This document shows, in pieces, positions 35,731-49,285 of a DNA stretch of 64,000 nt. Position 1 is the first letter of the stretch. The number at the start of each line of letters is the position of its first letter. Location: the NCBI GenBank assembly GCA_036785375.1, contig JAWMAR010000152.1:2418001-2482000 (forward strand), given 5' to 3'. The notes under the pieces are model-generated. The model made no database searches. It was not told where the DNA came from and saw only the letters and a list, made by a program, of their open reading frames with translations. The DNA comes from Leucoraja ocellata. Its lineage: Eukaryota. The translations under genes and the position numbers were made by a program.

Positions 35731-38571
35731 ACAAATTGTGAGCATGTGAGTGAGGCATGCAACAGCATATAACTGTATATAAATAGATCCATTGTTTCTG
35801 CCTACTCCTGCCCCACAGATCTTGATGCCATCTTATCCCCACTTGACTAGTCCCTTCCAACTTACATCCGAGACACCTTGCACTCCCTTTAACTCTTCAA
35901 AAACAATGCAGATGTTGACAAAAACTCCTGAAAATACTTTGTGGGGCAGGCAGCACTGTGGTCAGAGAAGCATGGGTACATTTTAGGTCATTAACCCTTT
36001 ATGAGAACTGAAACAGAGTTAGAAACCCTTTCTGATTAAAGGTAATTGACCAGAAACACTAATTGTTTTGTTTTCCACAGATGCTGTCTGACCTTCTGAA
36101 TTTCCGTCATTTTGTTTTATTTCAGCAAAATCAGTGTACTTTCCGTTAAATCCCCCTTCAAACCTTGCAAACCGAATCAACTTTTCTTCTCATTTCTATG
36201 GAATACAGCCTTTGTTTGTGTAACCTTGCCTCAGAATTGAAACTTTGGAATTCAGATATCATTCTGGGAAACCTGCACTTCCCACCTTCCAAGGCTTCGG
36301 TAAGGAGGTGGAAAGCTGAGATTCTGCTGACAAGTGGCCCACGTTACAATCTGGGAAGTTATTTCTCCCAAGTTCTCATGGTCTTTATTCAGTGAGCAGT
36401 GTGGACTGGCATGGGTTATACGATTCACTCCCTGCTCTGGCCTTCAACAGTGGGCCATTGGGTCAGGCTTAATGCTGATGTGTTCGGGATGAGGACGTCG
36501 CACTTATATTTGCCTAGATTTTGAATATTGACAACTGCAATGCCCTCACTTCGAATAGTTCAACTGGCAACAGCATTGCTGGCATTTCTGAAAATGTCTG
36601 AAACTGGCGTTTCTGCTGGAACCAGCGCTGGTGTAGACTAGAGGCAAATCGGGTAACAGTGACGGGCATACAGAGATAGAGACCAAACAACAGGATTGCA
36701 GCAAGAGAAGGTGTGGTTAGAGATAGGGATGTGGGGGTCGAACAAGCTGAGAGAGATATAGGAAGGCTGAGGGTTGTTAGATCACTAGGGAGTTGTGGGG
36801 ACTGAGGAAACGGAGACATTATGGAGGAATTTGATGCCAAACATAAGGATTTTAATTGTGGATGTGTTGCTGAAATGGGACCTGATGTCGGTCAGAGGCT
36901 ACGCGTATTTGGACATGGACAGTAGATCAGAATAAGGTCAGGATATGGGGGTTGGAAATTGAAGGCCGACCGGAAAACTCAACAAATTCGGACCTGGAAA
37001 GGCGGGTCTACTTTCGCCTCCCACCTTTGAGCCGTGTTACTTTTTTTTTCTCTCTCATTGCCATCATCTGCCGTGTTTGGAAAATCTCGTGTTATTCTGA
37101 GTCGCTGCAGTTGCCAGCCAGCGCAGTAGGTGGTGCAATTTCCCTAATCTGGCGGGTTCGAAATAATGGAGCATATGCGGTCAGGTTGCGGGAAAAATCA
37201 AACCAGGTTGTAATGGGTTGTGGGGACTCGTCTCACTGAGAGATGCATGTGGTGTTCGCAGCACCAGTACCTAACATGTACGTGGCATTTACAAACCATC
37301 CGAAAACTCGAGTAAAACACAGTGCTGGAATAAATCAGAAGATCAGGCAGCATCTGTGGAAGGAATGGACAGGTAATGTCCATGTCCTCCACAAATGCTG
37401 CCTGACCCGCTGAGTTCCTCCAGCACTTTGTGTTTTACTCAAGATGCCAGAATCTGCAGTTACTTGTGCATCCTAAGACAATTCTCCGATCGCATTGGGA
37501 ACTTGGTAACAACTTTGAGGGGGAATGTGAAGAGGTGCTCAATAGCTTGGCTGGGAATGCTGGAAAGGCGTGGTTTATAGGAAACGAGAGAGTCGGGGAG
37601 ATTTGGAGTTTCAGCGAGCACAAGGGGTGGGCCGACTGCAGAACCCAAGCCACGGGGACATTGGGCGAGGCTACGGGACAGAAACGGCAAGGCGAGGTCA
37701 GAAGGACGGCGTCTAGTTGCAAGAATCAGAATTGTGACATATTCGTTAATTGCTTCTGGAAGAAATCAGTAACAACTTTTACCATCACAACGTTTCCTAC
37801 GACGCCACACGGGAGTGTTACAAAAAGACACGCTGATTACCATAGAGTGCCAACTGTCCATTACGCAAAGCAATAACAAATTCGAAGATATCTATAGCAC
37901 AAAAGGAGGCCCTTCAACCCATTGTGCCCCTGCTGGTCAAAGAGGCACCCATCTTAGTCCCAGTTGTCAGCGGTACCAGGACAGATTACTATGTTTCACT
38001 GAGTCATCCAGGTTATTTTTAAAATGTGGTGGTTTATTTCTTCACAGCCCTTTCATGCTGTGAATTCTGGACCCCCAGCACATGTCTAGTTAAATATCCT
38101 TTCGATTCCCCCTATTTCTTCTATTCGTTGCCTTTGATCAATGCTTCAAGTTACTGACCTCTCTGCTGAGGGAAATTGGTCCTTTTCTGTTTACCCAGTT
38201 GAGGCCTCCCATCATTTTATACACCTCGATTAAATCTCCATTCACCCGCCTCTGTTCCAAGGAAAACAAACGCAGCCTGGCTAAACTCCTCATCCAATAT
38301 TTTGGAGACATCCATCTGTTTGTTTTTAATATGGTAACCAATTATTTCAACATTTCAATTTCAAAATGAGTAATTGATAGTACTATTGTGTGATTATAAA
38401 AATAGCATTACAGCCTCATAGCATTTGCCCACGTACTGTTGATGAAGTAATTTATCAATTTGTGGTTAGAGCCAGCGTTTGATCTATTTCTTGGATCTGT
38501 GAAGGGAAGAGATCATCCTTTGTAGATTCCTCTCGCAAGAGAACTAACATTTTCACTCATTCCGTTCATTG

Positions 38572-38880
38572 GGCAGCACAGTGGTGCAGTTGGAAGAGCC
38601 TCTGCCTCACTACATCAGGGACCCGGGTTTTATCCCAGCCTCGAGTGCTCTCTGTGCGGAGTTTGCACGTCCTCTCTGTGTTGGCGTGGGTTTCCCCCGG
38701 GTCTTCTCCCATATCCCAAAAACGTGCGGATTTGTAGATTAATTGGCACTCTGTAAATTTACCCCTAGTGTGTCGGCAGTGGATGAGAAAGTGGGAAAAC
38801 AGAACTAGTGTGAACGGGCGGGCGATCAGTGGTCAGTGTGGACTCGGTGCCGCTTGTATGCCCCTCTGCCTTCACTGTAT
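38572..38880 (+). mobile_element. HE1/V-SINE-type SINE
   Basis: ggcagcacagtggtgcagttgg A-box head and V-domain. Confidence 0.7.
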
Positions 38881-41004
38881 CAAGTGTCTGTCAGGTAAAG
38901 CACTGAGTAGAACTATCAGGTCCTTTTTCATGACAAAAGCTACGGGACGCCTGGACGAAATGCCTCTCTAAGTGAGGAGCCAGCAGCTGGAGAGTGCAGG
39001 CTACAGAGCAAAGTAAAACACAAATAAACCTTATAAAGGCAATAGCCTTTCTCAAATAACCTAAAAGAAAAATAAGGAGCCACGTCATATGCAAGCAATG
39101 AGATTTAATGAACCTTGATCTGGAAATCCTAACAGTGGCGTCTTTGACCAGTATAGGCCCATGTGCAATCCTTTCACTCTACCCAATTTCATCTCAACAT
39201 TCTTGAAGGTGAAGCACTCCACACAAGGCCTGCCAGTGATGGCTTGGTCTGTTGTTTTTGGCTCTGCGATCTTCTGCTACAGCTTGGCCACGGCCCCTTT
39301 GCCGATGAATGCTCTTTCTGTTTCCTCTCGGCCAGGGTGTGGCTGCGTCTTTTCCCGTCGTGAGCAATGTGCAGCAGTGACACAGGGCCACTTTGTTGCC
39401 TTGTGGGTGGAGGTGCGCTTGTGGAGAGGCTAGGCCCCGGCTATAAAAAGGTGCTTGTTTGTATGTTTGGACAGACCCTGCTGCACTCATGAACCATAAA
39501 AAGTTTGAGGGCTGAAGGAAGGAGGGGTACAGAGGGACAAACTGTTAATAATTTGGTTTTGGAAAATTCCAGTTTTCCTATGCGCAAAGCAGCCATAGAT
39601 TCAAAGCAGAGTCCGCCTGCAGGTTTGAGAAATTAACAGCAGAAGTGTTAACCAGAGAGACCCTTAACCCATAGACATTAACGCTGCTGCTTTAAAGGTT
39701 TTAACGCACGCATTGCAAAGCAGATGCGGGAGATAATGTAGTTGTCAACGGTACCAGAGAGCCCTTCTGCTCCCAGAAAGTCTGGCTGACTGCCACTGAA
39801 ATGATATTTAGCGGGTGACCTCAGTTCTCAGAAAGCACGGCCTGTTTTTGGCTCTTGCGGGATTATGAGAGCTTTTGTGAGCTGGCTGCTGGGCCAGGTG
39901 AAGGCTGTTTAATTGGGAGGCAAAGCAGTACTTGCTTCAGATGACTTGTAACAGGTCACAGGGCAGACAAGCAAGACTTGGCCTGATAGTTTCTGTGCCC
40001 GACATTCAGGCTGTTGCAGCCCCACAAATATTCCTGTTCAGTGAGGAAGGGTACAAATAACCTCCTTCAAAACGAGGTACCTCTGTAGCACAGCCCCAGC
40101 CTTACACGCAACCCCCCTGCCCCCAACCTTTCCCCTGCCCTGAGGAGCTTCGTCTCAATACCTCCTCCACTGCAAACTAACCTACTGATAAAGGAGATAT
40201 TTTAAGACAAACCATTTGCAAAAAAAGTGAAAGGCCCCCCTTGTGAAAAAAAAAAGTGTGCCATTCTAACAGAGCCTGTATTATAATCATCACCAATCTC
40301 AAATTAACAATCAACCCAACATCGATTGCCATTTGGAGATGAGAATTCCAGATTTTGCTCTCTTCTCTCTGTGTTTAAGTGCTTTCTAACCACTTCTGAA
40401 TGAATTTGCGCCAATGTTTAGGCTCTGCCTCCCACTTGTCCCTGACTCCACTTTCAGCTTGCAGGGAATCCAACCCAGGTTTGTGCAGTCTCTTGTAACT
40501 TAACCCTCAAAGCTCTGTTATCATTCTGATAAATCCATAATGCATGCCTTCCAAGATGAATATCTCCTTGCTAAAGTGCGATGCCCAAAATTGCTCACAG
40601 TGCTTCAGTTGTGGTGGAATCATGCAAAACACAAAGGGCTCATGTTTAATCTTCATCATGTGCCGCGCTAGCTTGTTAGGTGGCAAAAAGGTGAGAAGGA
40701 CAGAGCCTTTCTTCCCTCAGAACTAGTGAAGGAAGATTGCGGATAAGTCTTCTGTTATGATATCCATTAAATAACTCCTCTGGCTTTGAGTGGCCCAAAA
40801 CTCTGCTGCCCATGAGGCACATGTTCCCAGTGGTGAAACAGTGCCTCAATTTTAATATTTTCACCCTTGCTTTCAAATCCTGCCCTCCACCCTCATCTCT
40901 GTAACCTCATGAAGTCCACACTCTCTGAAATCTCTCACCTCTTCCAATTCTAGCCTCTTGACCATCCTAAAGCCGCTTTGGCATCGGCGACCATGTCTTC
41001 AAAT

Positions 41005-41385
41005 AAAACATATCAAATTCTTAAGAGATTGCACGGGCTAGATGCAGGAAGATTTTTACCAATGTTGGGGGTGTCCAGAACCAGGGGTCACAGTTTAAGA
41101 ATAAGGGCATTTAGGACTGAGATGAAGAAAAACCTTTTCACCCGGAGATGGGTGAATCTGTGGAATTCTCTGCCACAGAAGGCAGTGGAGGCCAATTCAC
41201 TGGATGTTTTCAAGAGAGAGTTGGATATAGCTCATCGGGCTAATGGAATGAAGGGATATGGGGGAGAAAGCAGGAACGGGGTACTGATTTTGGATGATCA
41301 GCCATGATCATATTGAATGGCGATGCTGGCTCGAAGGGCTGAATGGCCTACTCCTGTACCTATTTTCTATGTTTCTATGTTTCAG
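41005..41385 (+). mobile_element. CR1/HER1-type LINE 3' end
   Basis: SRTRGHSLRI..FTRRWVNLWNSLPQKAVEANSLDVFKRELD and (tttctatg)n tail. Confidence 0.85.
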
Positions 41386-42020
41386 TTGGCTGGACCCCAA
41401 AGTTTGAAATCTCCTCTAACTCTTTCTGCCTCCCTCTTCCCTCCTTAAATTCCATCTTCTGGAACCCATGGTAATACATGGTATATGATTTAAGCTTCTT
41501 GATTGATGATCGATCCTACAAGGTGCCTTGGAATATTTTTGTTATATTAAAGGAATTTCCTAAATACAAACTAATGGTGGTACATAAAGTAGTTTGTCAG
41601 CTGTGAGAATGCAACAAGAACATTTCCGAGCCTTTGCAATACCTCTGTAGCATTTTACAATTCTGCCCGGGACTTTTCAGCAAGGAAGTCCAGCTGCTTT
41701 GAATCAGCCCCCTATTTCTTATTTCCTTAAGCAAAAGCAACGTTAACTCTAAAACCCCACCTGTCCCATGAGGAAACCCAGGCTCCTAAACTCCTTTCTC
41801 GGATTAATCAGGTAGCCATGAGGTTAACACAGAGCAAGTTCTCAGCTCTGCATCACAAACTGTGCACATTGAGCAACCTGTTGGAGGCCACATCAATGCA
41901 ACTATGACTGACTTAAAATTTCTTCAACCCTTTTTATTCATTTCTAGGATTTGGAAATTGGTGGCAAGGCCAACATGTATTTCCCATCTCTAGTTGCTCT
42001 CCAGAATGCTCCCTTCTTGA

Positions 42021-42455
42021 CAGTGCTGGATTTAGATGAAGAGAGGCCCTAAGCTGTTCCACTTGTGAGGCCCCCAACGACCGGACAGCCATGGCGGCCA
42101 AATCTCCCACAATTCAAAGCGAGGGAGAAAGTGCCCAGCGCCGACCAGTTGCCGTTGCAGTGCGCATGCGCAGGGCGGCCGATGATGTGCTGGCCGTGGT
42201 TGTGCGCATGTGTAAGGCGGCCTGCCGTGCCGGCGGATGAGGAGCGAGCGGAGCCCGGCGGCCCGGACATGGATAGCGGGGAGAGATGGAGAGAGAGAGA
42301 TAGAGAGGGGGGCCGCCCAGAGTTGAACGGTAGGTGTTCTGCCTTGGCCCGAGGCCCCCCTAGACCTCGAGGCCCATCAATTTTTTCAGGAGGCCCCCTA
42401 GAAAGTGGGGGCCCTAAGCTATAGCTTGTTTAGCTTATACGTAAATCCGGCACTG
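42021..42455. mobile_element. hAT-type MITE
   Basis: TIRs CAGTGCTGGATTTA / TAAATCCGGCACTG and a perfect 8-bp TSD CTTCTTGA at 42013-42020 and 42456-42463. Confidence 0.85.
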
Positions 42456-42538
42456 CTTCTTGAACCTGCAGTGCTTCTGGCAAATATGCCCCAACAGACC
42501 TGTTGGGCCATAGTTCCAGGATTTAGATCCAGCAACGA

Positions 42539-43097
42539 CAAAAGACAATAGGTGCATTCGGCCCTTCGAGCCAGCACCGCCATTCAATGTGATCATGGCT
42601 GATCATCCTCAATCAGTACCCCTTTCCTGCCTTCTCTCCATATCCCCTATTTTTAAGAGCCCTATCTAGCTCTCTCTTGAAAGCATCCAGAGAACCTGTC
42701 TCCACCTCCCTCTGAGGCAGAGAATTCCACAGACTCACCACTCTGTGAGAAAAAGTGTTTCCTCGTCTCCGTTCTGAATGGCTTACTCCTTATTCTTAAA
42801 CTGTGGCCCCTGGTTCTGGACTCCCCCAACATCTGGAACATGTTTCCTGCCTCTAGTATGTCCAAGCCCTTAACAATCTTATATGTTTCAATGAGATTGC
42901 CTCTCATCCTTCTAAACTCTAGAGTGTACAAGCCCAGCTGCTCCATTCTCTCAGCATTTGACAGTCCCACCGGCCTGGGAATTAACCTTGTAAACTATGC
43001 TGCACCCCCTCAATAGCAAGAATGTCCTTCCTCAAATTAGAGGACCAAAACTGCACACAATACTCCAGGTGTGGTCTCACCAGGGCTCTGTACAACT
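42539..43097 (-). mobile_element. Young CR1/HER1-type LINE 3' fragment nested in an older LINE
   Basis: Minus ORF GLYTLEFRRMRGNLIETYKIVKGLD..GESRTRGHSLRIR. Flanked by AACGA on both sides, and the host repeat resumes at ~43098. Confidence 0.8.
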
Positions 43098-44049
43098 AAC
43101 GATGAAGGAAATGATTCCTGAGAGAGGTGTATGACTTGAAGATAATCCTGCAGCAGCGGTTGGTGTTTCCGCCCTGGTCCTGTGAAGTGACAGAGGTCAT
43201 GGGAGATGCTGTCAAAGTTGACGGCAAGTAGCCACAGTGCATTTTGTCGAAGGTACACACTGCAGGAAAGAATGAATATGTAGGGAGGTGGATGGAGAGA
43301 GGCAATCAAATGGGCTGCTTTGTCTGATGATGAGTTTCTTGAACATTATTGGAGCTGCACTCATCCAGGCAAGGGGAGAGTTTTTGGAGGCTGTTCATTG
43401 ACAGTGCTCCAGCCAGCCAGATAACTCAATCGCTTTAACTATTTCTGTCTTCTGGGATGCACATAGACCATTTGGTGATCAAACTGTGGCATCTAAGTCT
43501 GTAACTCTTAGCTGCAAATGGAATATTTTGTTGGATTTGCAGGATGGACGCCAGCTACAGTAATTGTTGCAGCGTCAGCTCATTAAAACTGAGCTGGCCA
43601 AGTAACTGAGCAGGGAACGTACAAGGGGAAGCACATCTTAGCCATCAAAGGCCGCAGGAATCCGGAAGCAAGGACACCAACCTGGAGGTCTTTGGAATGT
43701 GGGAAGAAGACAGAGTACCTGCAGGAAGCCCATAGGGTTAAAGGGAGTAATGGAAATTACGACTGTTATACGTCAGTGGCTCCGATTAGCAAGGTTCTTG
43801 ACATGAGAAGTTTACTGAAATGGGAAAGCTGCTAAACAAGGATGGATGATCACATTGGCGCTTGGGATCTTGCTGTGCAAATTGGCCACTGCATTTCCGA
43901 AAGTTCAACAGTTAGCACACTTCAAACAGTATTTTGTTGGCTGAAAAGTGCTTTGGGACACCCTGAAAACGAATGCTAAAGATGCCATGGAAATGTAACA
44001 TTGAACATGCTGAAGACATCCAGTGAGAGAAAGAACGAATGGTTCATTC

Positions 44050-44367
44050 CAGAAGTCCAGAACAAGGGGTCACAGTTTAAGGGTAAGGGGGAAATCTTTT
44101 GGGACCGAGATGAGAAAATCATTTTTCACACAGAGAGTGGTGAATCTGTGGAATTCTCTGCCACAGAAGGTAGTTGAGGCCACAGTTCATTGGCTATATT
44201 TAAGAGGGAGTTAGATGTGGCCCTTGTGGCTAAAGGGATCAGGGGGTATGGAGAGAAGGCAGGTACAGGATACTGAGTTGGATGATCAGCCATGATCATA
44301 TTGAATGGCAGTGCAGGCTCGAAGGGCCGAATGGCCTACTCCTGCACCTATTTTCTATGTTTCATGT
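44050..44367 (+). mobile_element. CR1/HER1-type LINE 3' end
   Basis: SRTRGHSLRVRGKSFGTEMRKSFFTQRVVNLWNSLPQKVVEA and ttttctatgtt tail. Confidence 0.85.
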
Positions 44368-45139
44368 CAGTAAAACAAATGACGATGAGTCCTGTACCAT
44401 GAACCCCCTGCCTCTCTCCACAGATGCTGCTGAGTGTTTCCAGCATTTTCTCTTTTATTTAAGATTTCCCGCATCTGCATTGTTTCATTTCTGGATCTTT
44501 CTTTTCAATGCTCAGCTAGTTGTCTTGCTACCTGGTGCTTGCTGTAATGAGGAATGCATTGCAATGACATACACGGCTTAAGGTGACCCTTGGCAGTGGT
44601 GTTGTTTTGCTTCAGCCTGGCACAATGCCCAGGCAATAAATCTGCCAAGGGTCAGCTCGAATGAATTACACGGTGAGCTGAGTTTCCAAGGAAGCGGGAG
44701 GCATTGACCTTGGATTGTTTGAGTTCGTGGAAATGTCCTTTCTTGTCTTGCACTTTCCTGGGTTGTAAACTCTTGAGTCAAACGAGGAAGAATTTGAGGC
44801 TTATTTGGAGCAGTGTTAAGATGCCAAAAATGATTGCCGGCAGGTGCTAACGATCATCTTTGGTCTTGTGTAGCTGGGTAAACTAGCAGAGCTTTCACTG
44901 GATACTGAGACGCCTGTACTAAATTTGACAAGGAGCCAGTAACAGCCTTAGGCTATGGGCCGTTTCCTTCTCTATACTTTCAATGTCCTGGGGGTTCTGT
45001 TTACTTCTCTGCCTTTTAACCTGTGACGGTAAGCGAGGTAGATGAATTGATCAGAATAAATCCACACCTCCATTTGTTCAGCAGCAATTTAACCCCCTCC
45101 ACCTCTCAGAATGGATTTTGACTGCAACATCCATTCACC

Positions 45140-45355
45140 AAGAGAGCAATCCTGAGCTGCCATCTACCTCAGACTGTTTTTAATTGGACTTTACCTTGCA
45201 CTAAACGTTATTCCCTTTATCCTGTATCCGTGCACTGTGGACGGCCTGACTGTAATCATGTGATGTCTTTCTGCTGACTGGTTAGCATGCAACAAAAAGC
45301 TTTTCACTGTACCCCGGTACACGGGACAATAAACAAACTAAACTAAACTAACTAA
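45140..45355 (+). mobile_element. LINE 3' UTR fragment (Rex1/Babar-like, tentative)
   Basis: ttgcactaaacgttattccc...cactgtaccccggtacacgggacaataaa followed by (ctaaa)n. A related minus copy lies at 49200-49640. Confidence 0.5.
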
Positions 45356-45394
45356 TTTTGTGTGAACTTTTATAACATTGATCTCCTTGTATCC

Positions 45395-45815
45395 AAGAGA
45401 GTCAAGAGCGTTTTATTGCCATATGTCCTGAAATGGAACAATTACATTTGTACTTGTAGCAGCAACAGATACATTTGTACTTGTAGCAGCAACACAGCTG
45501 GTTGTAAAAACAGTACTCAATAGACAATATAATATACAAACAAAACAACTCAATAAATAAAAAAACAATACAGTGCAAAAATAAAACAAAGGCCAAATAC
45601 CCTAATGCAATCCAGGCAGTTTGTAGTTCAGAGGCTAGTTGAAGTTGGTAAGATTTAATATCCAAATGATTGTTGGAAAGAAGCTGTTCCTGAACCTGGA
45701 GGTCATGGCTTTGAGACTCCAGTACTTTCTTCCCCATGGCAGGAGCGGAATGAGAGTGGCCAGGGTGGTGTGGGTCCTTGATGATGCTGGCTGCCTTTTT
45801 GAGGCAGTACTTTAC
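45395..45815 (-). mobile_element. Rex1/Babar-type LINE 3' fragment
   Basis: Minus-strand CLKKAASIIKDPHHPGH...SRFRNSFFP, typical of the Rex1 RT C-terminus. Confidence 0.65.
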
Positions 45816-47989
45816 CATGATCTGAAAAACCTTAAAATGCATCAGCTCCTACTGATTGTGCCCACCTAGAACTCAGTACCTTAGTTTCTTTGTGTTGGGA
45901 AGGGTGTAAAGGATTTTTGAATGGACATTTTTATTCAAACTTAACCAAATGGGTGCTGTGGGAACATTGCAGAGTTAGCTTCTGTAGCACACAGCATTGC
46001 AGTTGCGTGCCAACCTCTGGTTCGAGTTAGTCAAAGCTATTTAAATTGTCTTCATTTCCAGCTGTGCACTCTCCTGGGCAAACCTCCTAAAATTAGAAAT
46101 AAGAGTCGGCCATTTGGCCTTCAGTCTTGATTCACCATTCAGTCTGATCATTTGCCTCCAGTCCACCTCTACTCCTACCCAACCCCTTCTCTACCCTCCC
46201 ACCCTCTCGGAATCTCCTGTTTCTCTTTCTGTTCAAAAAATGCATCAGTCTCATAAATACATTGAGCAACTGGCCTCCACTGTCCTCTTGTGTAGAGAGG
46301 CCTGTGGCGGCCCAAAGAGTGTAAAGACATTTCTCCTTATCCATCTTCCTGACTCCTGAATTAACTAATCCTCTATCCATGCCACTTTATAAATCTCAAT
46401 CCCATTAGCCCAGATTTTATGGAGTATTCTGTCTATTGGACCCCCCTTTTCTATCCTGCTTGTTACCTTCTAAAAATAAAACCCAGGAGTTGGAAGTCCA
46501 CAAAAAGAAATGCACGTTTCCTTTTGATTAATCAACATCGGTTCTGCCCAGTAATATTATGGTTTTCCAAATGCCCTCTTGTCTTGTCCCAAGAAGAGAT
46601 TCCAGCATTTTTTCAAGTGCTATCGTCAGGCCAACTGGATGGCTTTCCCTGTTTGCTCTTGTTCTTGCTCCAATCACGAGTCATGAAGATTATATACCAG
46701 TTTATGTCCTTTGCATTATCAAAGATAAAAATCTTCTAATATTAAAAAATAATTCAGAAAACTGGGAGGTAGAAATGAATTGAGGAAGCTCAATAAATAA
46801 AATAGAACGAGAGGCAATCTGTTTGAAATATATTGGGTTCTGAGGGGGCGTGACAGTTGAGGTACAGAGAGGGTGTCTCCTGTCATGGGGAATCTGGAAT
46901 TATGGTGTACACTGTCAGAATACGGTAGTACCATTGAAGACAAGTCGGAATTTCTTCTCGGAGAGCCATTCATCTTTGGAAAATCTCTCCACCAGAGAAT
47001 TATAGTACATTGTTCATAGTCGGTCCATGTGGCATAACATTTAAGGTAGTTATGCAGGGAATGAAAGGGGTTGATGAAATACTGCCTGACGCAGGGCTGG
47101 TGAGAGTTGTCAATGCTCTTGTCCTGAACCACCAAGCCAGCACAGAAGTGGAATTAGAAGAGATAACATGAGGAAGACGAAACGGTCTTGATGGGCGACA
47201 TGTTTCAATGGTGGAATGCTCTTTGGTTGGCATCTCTTGGGGACAAAGCGAGTGGGGAGGGATGTTCACAATGTCCACATCCAGACGCGCCACTTGCAAA
47301 CTTGTAAGTTGCGATGGATTCTGAGGTGGCTTTCCCTCATCACCAGGGACCCTTTATGACAGGCAGCACTTGAAATTAAGAGCAGGGTTTGGGAGGGAAG
47401 TTTTGCAATGTCGATGCGTGCGACCCCTGCCTATAAATTCCCATTGGGCCAGACCGGTCACCAAACAGGACTGGCACCCATCAAGGAGAGGCCGTTGACT
47501 TTCGAAGTTGTACGGCGGTGAAGATTTCACAACAACACACGCTAATGGTCTGGGCTGTTGTTTCATATCTCTAGATGCCTCGTGTTTTCTCTTGCTGGGG
47601 ATAATGCGTATTTCATTTATGTAACTAAACCAGCATGGAGCATTTCCTTGGCATTTTGTCCACACGACAGAACTGATTGCCATTCTTGCAAGTCGTCACA
47701 TGCACAGCTTATAGATTTGTTTGCTTGCCAATGATGCTGAATGTGGTTCATGACTCACTTCTATCATGAGCGATATTGGAGATAAGGAAATACTCTGGAT
47801 TTTCTTTACTCCAGTTTCAGTCTGGGTGAAGGAATCTTCTGCTTATTGCTTCTTACTGGTTGTGAAGCAGGAAAAGGAGTAGTCCACATGATCCCTTGTG
47901 CCCCCTCTGCCATTCAATAACCCTCAAGATCACGTCCAATCCTCATTCCTTGGTACCCAGAATAAAAGCAGAACAGTTTGGATATCTCA

Positions 47990-48345
47990 AAGATAGACAC
48001 AAAATGCTGGAGTAACTCAGAGTAATTCAGGAATGGGTGACCCTTCTTCAGACGGTCTCGACCCGAAACGTCATCCATTCCTTCTCTCCAGAGAGGCCAC
48101 CTGTCCCGCTGAGTTACTCCAGCATTTTGTGTCTATCTTTGATTTAAACCAGCATCTGCAGTTCTTTCCTACACATTTTGGATATCTCAGCAGGCTAGGT
48201 AGCATGTGTGGATCGAGAAACAGAGTTAACGGTTCATAGACCTGAGCCATTAACACTGTTTCTCTCTCCACGATCACGACCTGTTGTGCTGAGAGTTTCC
48301 AGCATTTTCTATTTTTGTTTCAGATTTATAGCATTTGCAATTTGT
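47990..48345. mobile_element. Penelope-like pLTR (fold-back) inserted in an older pLTR copy
   Basis: Inverted arms around gacccgaaacgtc, with tttggatatctca duplicated on both sides of the inner copy. Confidence 0.6.
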
Positions 48346-48446
48346 TTGCTTTCCCTAATTCCAGGAATCTGCCTCATGAATCAACATCGCATGCAGCTCC
48401 CTCCCTCTTTCCTCCCAGCTCTCTTTCCTCTCCTTCCTTTTCCTTC

Positions 48447-48760
48447 AGTTAGTTTAGTTTAGAGATACAGCGCCGCAACAGGCCCTTCAGCCCATCGAGT
48501 CTGCACTGACCAACAATCCTCGCACATTAACACTACCCTACACATACAAGGGGCAATTTTAACATTTACACCAAGCCGATTAACCTACAAACCTGTACAT
48601 CTTTGGAGTGTGGGAGGAAACTGGAGCACCCAGAGAAAACCCATGCAGGTCACAGGGAGAATGTACAAACTCCGTACAGACAGCACCCGTGGTAAGGATC
48701 GAACCTGGGTCTCTGGCGCTGTGAGGCAGTAGCTCTACCCGCTGCGCCACCGTGCTGCCC
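48447..48760 (-). mobile_element. HE1/V-SINE-type SINE, full length
   Basis: Minus strand head gggcagcacggtggcgcagcgg, B box ggttcgatcc and (ctaaa)n tail. Confidence 0.85.
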
Positions 48761-49285
48761 ATAACATTGATGGCACAGTGGTTCAGCTTGAACCAGAGAA
48801 TATTAATCCTCTACCCACTGTTGGCATCACATATTCCTAGCCCAGGAGTGGCACGATTCATAGATGTTCTTGATCATTAGCCTGCTCCAGGACAGTCGTG
48901 TTCCTCATCAAGTGTGTTGTTGTTCCGTTGTGTCAGCAGGCTCCCTCTGGCAGCCTCCTGTTCCTTGCCGAATGGTACAAGACTCTTTGTGCTGTGCCCA
49001 TGCCTGCTGATGGATGCAGATTGAGCATGTTTGTGTATCTGTGCAACCAAAGGAGAGCAGTGACTTTTAACCCTTTCGTTTGTGCATTGGATTCAAACCC
49101 AGGTCACAGAGGTGAAAGGACAGTGACCTAATCCACAGCCCTCGCCTTTCCTAACATTCTCTTCATTTTTGCTCGTGACCGTTGACCCTCATCGAAGTCT
49201 GTCAAATCGTGAAAAGCTCTTTGTCGTGTGCTAACCAGTCAGCAGAAGGACAATACATGATAACAATCGTTCCATTTACAGTGTA

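Noticed and set aside
45443-45496. 27-bp tandem duplication tacatttgtacttgtagcagcaaca
   Set aside because: Local duplication inside a LINE relic with no sign of function.
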